This document shows positions 53,830 to 64,000 of a stretch of 64,000 bases of DNA, in pieces. The DNA is from Octopus vulgaris (taxonomy: Eukaryota). Numbering within the stretch: position 1 is the stretch's first letter; every line of letters begins with the position of its first letter. The notes below the pieces were generated by a model, which saw nothing but the letters and a program-made list of their open reading frames with translations, did no database searches and was not told the origin of the DNA. The stretch lies in NCBI GenBank assembly GCA_951406725.2, contig OX597818.1, forward strand, positions 85,746,001 through 85,810,000, given 5' to 3'. The translations under genes were made by a program, and so were the position numbers.

Positions 53830-54839
53830 ATGTGCATTTTCATTCAATGGCTGCTTTCAAATCAGGGACTGTTGCAGGTTTCATAGCATAGACTTTGTCT
53901 TTTAGGTATCCCCATAATAAATAAATTTAGTGGTGTGATGTCAGGTGAACATGGAGGCTATTTAATGAAACCCATTCATCCAATCCACCTGTTTGACAAG
54001 ATCTCATCAAGGAAAGATTTAACATCATGATGGTAGTGTGGGGGTGCCCCATCTTACTGAAACTCCTTGTCTTCAAAGTCTTCTTTAATGCTTGGCATGA
54101 TAGACTGTTGTAGCAAGTTCATGTAAACAGGACCATTCACACTAGCATCAAAAAAGAATGGTCCAATTAATCCTCATGGTGATAAGCCACACCACACTGT
54201 AACTTCCGGTCGGTAAATTAACAAGGTGTTCCACCATAACATGCAGGTTTTCAGGTCCCCAGTAGGTGCAATTGTTGTGGTTAATTAATCCATTTAATTT
54301 GAATGTGGCCTCCTCACTCCACACTCCACACAAGTACCACTTGCACTACTGCACTCTTCGGTCTGGATCATCATCATTAATAGTATGGACTAATCTTGGA
54401 ACATAGCTTTTCCATTGACAATGCTTCAAAGTGCATTGGACAGACGATTTTGAAATACCTACCCCATGACTTGCTTGCTGCACAAATTTTCTTGGACTTG
54501 GGTGATATGTTTCAGTACTCCTGCTTGCTTTGTAAGTGTTGTCAATGCTCGTGGTCTTCTGGAATGCTTCTCATGGACATTCTGAATAGTTCCATCAACT
54601 TCAAAATCATCTCTAGTTCAAGTGATATAAGTCTCATTAGTGGATCTGTCTGAAACTCCCTCCTAAACAGTCCTTGCACTTCAACTGCATTTTCACACTT
54701 CCAGTAGCATTTTGGAATGAATTTCCATTGTTCAAAGCTTAGTCTGACTGCCATCTTTAATTCCAGTGGGTTTAATCTGGAAAGAAAAACGTCGAGTTAT
54801 CAGCTGTTGAAGTGTGTATACATTTTTTGGGACACCCTA
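53830..54839 (-). mobile_element. Decayed Tc1/mariner transposon, 3' end missing
   Basis: Terminal repeat reading TAGGGTGTCCCAAAAAATG on the minus strand at 54839; HTH-like MAVRLSFEQWKFIPKCYWK; [18 protein letters not shown] (WSDEA); QxDGAPPH; decayed WPPRSPDLTPL...WGYLKDKVY; several frameshifts and stops. Confidence 0.9.
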
Positions 54840-54861
54840 TATATGTATGTATGTGTGTGTA

Positions 54862-54892
<31 letters not shown>

Positions 54893-55214
54893 ATGTATAG
54901 CAACAGAAGTAGCCCTAGAACAAAATCTTTATCTATATGACATCCTTAACTTATGTGTATTGTTGAAAAGGCAGAAGCTGCAATTTTCATCTGTGTGGAA
55001 GCATGTTGTGTGTGTGTGTGTGTGCGTGTTCACCCTACCACCATCATTTGACAACCATTGTCGGTTTGTTTATGTCTCCACAGCTTAGCTGGTTGGCAAA
55101 AGAGTCCGATAGAATAATGACCAAACTTAAAACAAAACTCTGGTAATTTGTTTGGCTAAAACCCTTCAGGGCTGCAACAATCAAGACCTTGCCTCTTTAA
55201 TAGAAAGAATCATT

Positions 55215-55575
55215 ATTAGAGCAGTAAACTGGTAGAATGATTAGAACATCCAGAAAGTTGCTTTATGGAGTCAATAAAATGAAGAAACAGTCCTGTACTA
55301 GGTTCAATGTAATCAAGTTGATCCCTTACCTCAAAATTGTTGGCCTTGTGCAAAAAATTAGAAAAAGGTGGAAGAATCATTAGCATACCAAACAAAATGC
55401 TTAGCAGCATTTCATCCAAATTTACATTCTGGATTTAAATTCCACTGAAGTCTAATTTGTCTTTTATCTTTTCAGGGTCCATAAAATAAATACTAGTCAA
55501 GTATAGGGATCAATGTAATTGACTACCCCACCCCCAATAAATCTCAAGCTTTGTACCTATTGCAGAAAGAATCAT

Positions 55576-55619
<44 letters not shown>

Positions 55620-56280
55620 TTATTATTATTATTACTAAAGTGGAGACCTGACAGAATCATTAGCATGCCAGGCGAAATACTGAGTGGTATTTCATCTGCT
55701 ATGTTCTGAGTTCAAATTCCACCAAGGTCAACTTTGTCTTTCATCCTTTCAGGCTCAATGAAATAAGTACCAGTCGAGTACTGGGATCAGTGTGGTTGAC
55801 TGTCCCCCTCCCCCAAATTTCAGGCCTTGTGCCTGTAGTAGAAATTATTATTATTATTATTAATAAGGCAGCCTATTGGCAATGTTGATAACACACCAGG
55901 CAAAATGCTTAGCAGCATTTTGTCCATCTCTATGTTCCGAGTTCAAATTCCACTGAGGTCAACTTTTCCTTTCATCCTTTCAAGGTCAATAAATTGAGTA
56001 CCAGTGAAACACTGGGGTCTATATTATCGATTAACTCTCTCTCCACAACTTTCAGGCCCTGTGCCTATAATAGAAATGAATTTTTTTATTACTGAGGTGT
56101 CAAGCTGGTAGAATCATTACCCACTTAGCATATTGTCCATCTTTGCATTCTGAGTTCAAATTCCAACAAGGAACTATGCCTTTCATCCTTTCAGAGTACC
56201 AGTTGTGTACTGGAGGGTCAATGTAATTGACTAGCCTACTCCCCCAAAATTTTAGCCCTTTTGCTCATAGTAGAAAGAGT
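55215..56280 (+). repeat. Head-to-tail tandem array of ~5 copies of the same SINE, opposite orientation to 49820-50802
   Basis: Repeated agaatcattagca...ttctgagttcaaattccac...gcctttcatcctttc...gcctRtagtagaaa units separated by (TAC/TAT)n. Confidence 0.85.
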
Positions 56281-56425
56281 TACTCTGGTTGTTGTTATTC
56301 ATGAAACAGTAGAGCACATTCGTTATGGTATGAAGTTAGATTTTTCAGTTTTATAGCTTCAGCTCTTACACTGGATAGACTCGGTCTTACACTGCTGCAA
56401 GATCAATAAAGTCATTGCTATACAT

Positions 56426-56590
56426 CAGTGCTCCGCAATCTTTTTCCCTTGCGGTACACTTATATTCTTTTTAAATAGAAATATAACTACAAGTATAGCG
56501 AAAAAATGTATCATCAGGTTACACTGTGGCACACCTAGTATTGATTTGTGGCACACCAGTGTGCTGTGGCATACTGGCTGCAGAGCACTG
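56426..56590. mobile_element. 165-bp hAT MITE
   Basis: TIRs CAGTGCTCCGCA / TGCAGAGCACTG; TSD CTATACAT / CTATAGAT (7/8); subterminal GTGGCACAC repeats. Confidence 0.88.
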
Positions 56591-57755
56591 CTATAGATAG
56601 ATACTAGTAATGCAGATTTACAGAAAGACAAAAAGCCTTTGTGTTTAAACAAAATAAGTTTTTGCCTTCATTTATTTCTTTATCATCATCATCATTATCA
56701 TTATTAGGATTAGTGATTATTATTTTGGCTATTATTACAAAAACTGTAAGAACAATATATTGACAGATAGTATTTTATTCATAGTGATACAGAGACAAAG
56801 ATACACATTCTTAATATTTTTCTCTCTCACATACTCACACACACACCCAGACACACGGCTGCATATAATATCACACACACACACACGCATGGCTGCATAT
56901 AATGTCACACACACACACACACTCATGGCTGCATATAATGTCACACACATATGACTGCATATAATATATTACACACACACACACACACACTCACAAGCAT
57001 CTTAAAATTAAATAGACACTCCCCTTTCATTATATACTTTTACCTGTGCAGACACTTTGAGCCTTAAAACATATTATGCACATTGCATTTTGTTTCTAGA
57101 AATAAATCTTTCATGAACGATGGTGTCTATTTACTTTTGAGATGTCTCAGTGTGTGTGTGTGTGTGTATGTATATACACACACACACATTTCACTTAGGT
57201 GTGACTTATACACAGGGCAAAGCTAAAACTATGAAGGGAAATAATTTTGCACCAAGATTTAACACTAAATTAGGGGTGTGAATTACATACAAGTAATTAC
57301 TGTAAGATACACACCCATAAATACAACCTTGGCAGTATATTCTCATGTACACACAGCTTGCTCCTTCTCTTTCACACTCTCTACTTTTCTTCTCTACTGA
57401 CTCTCTCCACTTCTATCTCCATTTCATTCACTCTCTCTCTCTCTCACATATATCTGCTCAAATCCCAATTTGTCTCTGCTCTTGCTTTTAATCTCTCTCT
57501 CTGCTCTTTCTCTTTTCCTCACAACACTTTCTATCTTCCATCTATCTGTTTTTCTCCTCTCCCCTCCTCTTTTTTTCTTTTTTTCTCAACCTATAGGTGA
57601 CTATCTAAAACAATTTCAAAGACATGTTCCATCAATCCACAATAATTCTTTAGATCTATTCTCAATCGGACAAAGTTAGTTCCATAGATAAGGCAGTCAA
57701 AATCATAAATCAAAAATTGAATGAAGACCATCAAATCAACATCTATTCACCCAAC

Positions 57756-57795
<40 letters not shown>

Positions 57796-58884
57796 CATTT
57801 CCCTCCTTCCTTTATATCATGGAGATATTATGAAAATGGCCTAGGTAGTGTTACTAATATAGCTTCTATGCTCTTCTGTTGCCTGCAGTAAATGCACTAT
57901 CAATGTATATACACACATGCACAGCTGAATATATGTGTATTTTATTTTTACATCTGTACATCTTTATTCATCTGTGTGTGTATGTGTACACACACACAAA
58001 AATTTGAAATGTATATATATGTATATGGAGACATGTTAATATATAGATATGTTATATATGTATAAAGAAAGATATAGATATATTGGCAGAGGTACATAAT
58101 ATAAATATATATATTATATAATATATAAATATTTTATATAATATAAATACATATATATTATATAATATATAAATATATATTTATATCTATTATATAATAT
58201 GTATATATTATGTACAATATATATGTAGTATGGTACCTCAATATATTAGATTGGAGGCATTTTTTTAAATGTCTTGTTCACAGGAGTAATCTCCCTTTGT
58301 GTGTAACTCTTCTAAATGGAAATACAGTAACACTTGATGGAGGAAGGAAAGGTGTAGCATCAAAAGAAAAAAATATTAGCCCAGCATACAGACTGCCTTC
58401 ATCTTTTCCACTTTCGACCTTTGGCTTACAGAATATGTCTCAATAACCACTGATCTGATGCTAACAATTTCCTTTTCCCTTAATGCTGCTACTACTACTA
58501 CTATTCCTATCTATCTATGGCCATTTCTCTTATTAATGTCACTGCTGATACTTCTACTACTACTACTACCACTGCTGCTGCTGTTTTTGTTGCCAATGAG
58601 ACTTGCTGCTGCTGTTCCAAATATTTCTGCTGCTGCTGTTGTTGCTGCTGTATGGTGCAGAAGAAACATTTCTGTTATTACTCATTGGCAACTTTCTACT
58701 TCATACAAGCATTAAAAAAAATAATAAAAATAATAATGATATTCATTCGACAAAACCCGACCTCGCTTTCACACCCCTCTGGCAAACTGTGACCGTAAGT
58801 GAGTGCATTTTTTTCTTAACGTTCAGCTTGTCTGATAAAAGGTTTCTGTTTACCTATTGACAGTCTTATTTGCTCAACCTCCAG

Positions 58885-58988
58885 AATGGCGTTCAACCCC
58901 CAACGAGATCCTCATCCTCAATGATGAAGACGGCACCTCAAAGATCGAGGGTGACCTCAAACGACTCAATTCACTCGCGCACTACAAG
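58885..58988 (+). CDS. PlexA: Plexin A exon 10: Rho-binding domain, EWRSTPNEILILNDEDGTSKIEGDLKRLNSLAHYK
   Basis: ctccAG acceptor, GTAAAA donor, phase 1/0 (G+AA = Glu); EWR...ILxDED...KRLNxLAHY motif. The gene continues beyond the window. Confidence 0.95.
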
Positions 58989-61193
58989 GTAAAACCCATA
59001 CTCACTGCATGTCCCTTTCATCCGACTTCGTTGCTCCTCTTCATCTACATAACAAAAAAAAAAAAGAGTATGTATGTCTAACACAGAGGAATGTATGTAG
59101 TTTTCGGGAGCAAGAAAGACCCAGGAAAACTTCAAGATTGATGCCACCAGCTCGGATATAGTATAAATATCCACCCCACCCACTTTTCGCATCTATTTAG
59201 AGATGTTTTCTTTTATATTGTCTTGACGTTGTTGTCTTGGGGGTTGCTTGAATTATGTCCCCTACCGTCATCTATTTTTATCTGGAATGGTAATGACTGA
59301 AGAATGCTGGCGCTGTTGTTGATGTTGTTCTTGTTGTATATGGATCAATTCAATGTTATTGTTGTTGTTCTTTTTGTTTGTTTGTTCTTCATTTTTTTTT
59401 TTTTTGGTATTTGTCTTCCTTCTGCATGACATTAAGAATTACCTCAGGTTTTCTTCTTTTTGCATAAAAGCCTTGCTGAATTTGTCAAAATGTTTTAGAA
59501 AAATAATACAGCTTTAACCATATTGTCAAGTGAATGACTACTTGATGAGGAACTGGCATGAATTTAGGATAAGATCAGATCAGAGAGAACTTTTCAACTG
59601 CCTAACTGACTGGCTGTTTATGTCACTGACCTATCAACTAATCTACTGTGAGACTGTCTAAAACCAGGAATACAATAAGGTGATTGGTTGACAGAACAGT
59701 TGATCTAGTAACTTGACCCTGTTGATACGAACCCTTCATCTAAGGTTGCCCCTAGTTCTTCAATATAAATTCTCGGTTTTAAAGTGATCTGTATTAGAAC
59801 CTGCCATCAAAATTTTAAGTATATATTCCAAACACCAGCTTAATAATGACATTTCATTAAATTTTACATTATTTTCAAAATTAACTGAAACAAAGTGAGA
59901 ATATTTCAACTTAAATCTGGTAAAAAAAAAAAAAGGGTTAAAAATGATCTAAATCAAAACTTTGGATTGAAATTTTGTGTTAGTTTTTGTTACAAATGAC
60001 AGTTATTTTACAAAATTCTCCCTTATTTTCAAAATTAATTGAATCAAAGGCAGAAAAATAAGACATGGAGCTGAAATTGATTGACCATCACTGTAGATGA
60101 ATGCTGAATAGTCAGTAAGGTCACATATTCACTGACCAACTATGTAGCAGCTTCTACATTCAATTGAGTTATGTGACTGATTTGTTCATTAGCTGATTAG
60201 CTCTGTGACTGAGTATTGAACTAATTTAGTCACAGAAGTTAGAACAATAAGTTGATTGACCAGTTGAGAAAATGACTTATTTTTCAGCTTGACCAACACA
60301 TAAAATACCAAATATAGAATAAGTAAAATAATAATACAACTAGTTGAAGAATTCAACATTTATTATCATACACTGCTTTTGTTTCAACTGATTCTGAAAA
60401 TAATGAAGAATTTACTAGGATATCTTTACCATTCTTAAGTATTTGGAACATAAATTAACATGAAATGTTCCTGGAAGATTTCCATTTAGATCACTTTAAT
60501 CTTTTTGTTACCATATTTGTGTTGAAATACACTTTGTTTCAATTAATTTTTAAAATAATGAATTTAATAAAGTTAACTTTGTTATTGAGAAGCTGCTGCT
60601 TGGAACATAAATTAACACAAAATTTTGATGGAAATTTCTATTTAAATTACTTTGAAACAGAAAGCTCTTAAGGCCTCAGGTGGGTAGGACAGATTGGCCT
60701 TAGACTTTTTTATATCTTTTCAAACTTACCTTGACTAAGGGGTAGAAATGACTGAAAGCTTTATATAGATAATGTTCAGTGTTAGATGCGTGCGTGTATG
60801 TGGTAACAAGGATTACAAACTTATTCCTAGGGAAATCATACTGCCAAATGAACCCTTTTAGGAGGGCTTTGTTTATTCTAATGACTTTATGTTCACATAG
60901 ACTTCAAACTTTGCACACACACACACACATACCATGTTTCAATTTTTCCCATCATATTCTCATGTTAGTGTTGAAAATGTACAAATATACATATGTATAT
61001 ACATAGACACACACTGAATTTTCTTTTGAAATCTTTGATCAATAATTTGCAAGGTATTTTGTGTGTGTATGCATATATATATCTATATATATAAAGCTCG
61101 ATTATAGAATTTTAAATATATATGTATAGTTTCTCTGTATATGGTATAGTTTTGTGTGTGTATGTGTGCATGCACATGTCCGTATGCTGTATT

Positions 61194-61572
61194 GCATCCT
61201 TCCATTCAGTCATCTTCTCTGCTCACTATTCCTAAGAGGGTTGTTGGGGTAGAGACCTCAGTGCACCTCCTCCATAGGGCCCTATCTAAGCAACCAGCAT
61301 TGAACTCTCTGGCTGGATTCCCAAGAGTAACCAACTGAGGCTATGAATATTATCCAACCATTTCATTCTTGATCTACCTCTGGATCTAATGCTGGCTGAC
61401 TCAGCTTGAAGAATCCATCTTGCTGATTCTTTTTTGTGACATTTTAATCACATCTTCATAGTATTGGAATTGTGATCTCTCATTGGAGAGATCAAAGTTT
61501 GATATGGAGAAACTCCCTAAACACCGAGGTGTATTACTTATGAATATTTTCCATGAATTTTATTCATCTCCA
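61194..61572 (-). mobile_element. Degenerate RTE-clade LINE 3' end
   Basis: Minus-strand translation across a frameshift: ERSQFQYYEDVIKMS...ILQAESASIRSRGRSRMKWLDNIHSLSWLLLGIQPE...DRALWR, matching the RTE C-terminal R.RGRP...W.D...DR..WR pattern; GGAT-like tail. Confidence 0.75.
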
Positions 61573-62675
61573 AAAGAAATTTTGTTAGTTTCATTTTCAA
61601 ACCTTTAGAATTTAAAAGTTTTCTCCCTTATATACATACGTATATACATATGATATACATGTACTATATACATGTTATATGCATGTATATAAAATGTATG
61701 TGTATCTCAACAATTGTATGTACTAAATCTGTGCACACACGTGAACATTTATGAGAATAACATACTCAAGGTGCATCCTCTCCTCTGTCATTTTCTGCAA
61801 AAATGGATCCGCTTTATGCCATATCAATGAATTCTGAGTCAACTGCCTGACAATGGTTTCCATACAGTAGATAGTTGAAAAGAATCAATCATATGTCCAA
61901 TTTAAAATATCATCACACTCTTTAGAAACCGTAACAAGAGAGGTATTTGCTGCTTTTGAATAGATTTCATTTTGACATAGGGGATTTTAATTAAAATTCT
62001 AATAAGTGAGCCATTATCATTAGTTTGCTCAAGTTTCTTTGCATCAGCTCTGCTAAGATCTGAACAACCATTATTACAAGATATATGAATTATCTCTGTT
62101 ATCTAAAGACTTTATGTGGATTTATAAACCAGATAACTCCAAACATAGACTGTATTTAATTCAGAATCTCAGTACGAATGAATTTGTGGATTAAAAGCCT
62201 GAGATAAAAGAGAGAGCATGAGATTATCTGTCACAATAATTTAATAAGTTTATGCTTAATCATTGTGGAGAGAGCCCTGATTCACTCACCCCCAAACCTC
62301 GTTTCTTTTTTAAACTATTTTTCACATCTATTAGCATGTGTTGCATGATCATGTTCTTTATTTTTCTTGTTGGTACATTAGCTCTCTCTCTCTCTTTCTC
62401 TGACTGCCCCACCCCTGTACATTTTGGATACTTTCGTGTATCTGCTCCCTCACATTGATACAGTAACACACACACATTAAACAAGTGTTATCCTACAAGT
62501 AGTGGCTTTTGTTTCCAACCTGCATGCAAATATGTCCGGCCATGAGAAAATATTACCTTGCTTAGAAAATAGGTGAGGGTTGGCAACCGGAAAGGCATCC
62601 AGCCACAGAAAATCTGCCTCAAAAATTCAATCAATTCCATCTTACCCATGCAAGCATGGAAATGTGGTCATGCGG

Positions 62676-62719
<44 letters not shown>

Positions 62720-63402
62720 GTATACTATGGCCATGCTGGGGCACTGCCTTGAAAAGTCTAGACAAACAAATCAACCCCAGTATTTGTTTTTTTTTTTTTG
62801 AGTCTGGTACTTATTCTATCAGTCTTCTTTTGCTAAACTGCTGAGTTACAGCTACATATGCTAGCCAACACTGGTTCTCAAGCAGTGTGGAGACAAACAT
62901 AATCACAAAGACACACACGTGTGTGTGTATATGTACATATATATATATACACCACAGCATTCCATATAGTTTCTGTCTACCGAATTAATTGAAAAAGTAT
63001 TGGTCAGACCTTGTGCAAGCTGCTGTGCTGCAAGATTGAACATGAAACCATGTGGTTGCAAAGTGAGCTTCTTAACCACACAACATGGACCTGATCTATT
63101 TATATACATAGACTTGATCTATTTACACATGTTGATCCTATCCTTTATGCTGTCTCCTTTTCTCACTCATACACTCTCATTCTCATTGTTCCCTCCCCCT
63201 TTCATACACACCAATTTTTGTTTAGACCCTCTCCTCCCCCACACATAATACTCCTTTCTCTCACCAAACACTCTACTATGTTTGAATTATGCAATAGAAA
63301 CAACTCTAGAGTAAAATTTTTATATAACCTACTTACAATATGTGTGTCATTGAAATGCCAAAACTGCAGTTTCTGTCCAGAGAAAAATCCCTTTATAGAC
63401 AT

Positions 63403-64000
63403 AATGTGTTAAAAATAACAATATACTTCAGAGCCAAGTGAAATGAAATTTTCCAGAAGTGACCATGAGAGTGACAGATATGTATTTCACTGTTGTTGTG
63501 TCTGATCAATATCATGTACTCATGTCACTTCTGAAATGAAATCAAATCAGCATGACTGAAGTACACAGAGATAATGCATACACTATACATTAGTTTGCAA
63601 AAGTGCCACCCAAGCAGAATAAAATTCAAATTATGCAATAGAAGTAGTTTGGTGATAAAAACTTTATCCATATAATATACTTAATGTATGGTTGTCGTTA
63701 AAAAAGCCAGAAGCAGCAGGTTTTCAACCAGGAAAAATCAATTGTTTAAAAAAAAGCATTAAACTTTAAAGCAAGATACAGATTTTTCTCCTGAGCCACC
63801 ATTGCAAACCAGCTTGTAGTCTATATACTATTTCTGCATACTTCAGATTGGCTGATTCAATCTTGTTTCAGAAGTGACATGAGTATGTGCCATTGGACAA
63901 GCAACAACATTGGTGAATAGGGGATCATTCACTTAAGTAATCACTTCTAGGGTGATTTTGTTTCATCTAACTCTGAAGGATATTACATTTTTTTAACATA
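63403..64000. repeat. Element with long (~160-bp) imperfect inverted arms, reaching the window edge
   Basis: 63403-63563 is the reverse complement of 63839-64000 (e.g. tactcatgtcacttctgaaa vs tttcagaagtgacatgagta). Confidence 0.75.

Noticed and set aside
56855-56990. Repeat-spacer pattern resembling a CRISPR array (also 46311-46370)
   Set aside because: Spacers are (AC)n or absent, the context is eukaryotic and there are no cas genes; these are a minisatellite and hAT subterminal repeats.
59101-59160. 60-nt in-frame cassette exon (FSGARKTQENFKIDATSSDI)
   Set aside because: The acceptor lacks a pyrimidine tract and the donor (ATA|GTATAA) is weak; not supportable as a feature.

Overview
AT-rich, CpG-depleted, microsatellite- and SINE-dense animal DNA. 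The repeat families look like those of octopus (coleoid cephalopod); the taxon is my inference. The window is the interior of one + strand gene, a class A plexin (semaphorin receptor). Ten GT-AG coding exons join in phase into one continuous frame: last IPT domains, transmembrane helix, juxtamembrane coiled coil, first GAP segment with the LLRRTES arginine motif, and most of the Rho-GTPase-binding domain. The gene starts upstream and ends downstream of the window. Two exons (31392-31469, 45769-45915) are missing from the ORF track, and most ORF-track entries are microsatellite noise. Introns hold several tRNA-derived SINE families, CR1 and RTE LINE 3' ends, a decayed Tc1/mariner, and hAT and piggyBac-type MITEs. 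Most notable: (1) an intronic hAT deletion derivative carrying a 46-bp copy of the host plexin exon located 3 kb downstream; (2) a minimal hammerhead-ribozyme-like motif on the antisense strand, plus a core-mutated one on the sense strand; (3) two opposed ~1-kb tandem SINE arrays in one intron, a candidate ADAR substrate; (4) a local CpG-retaining island around the last exon. No prokaryotic systems (CRISPR etc.) are supported.
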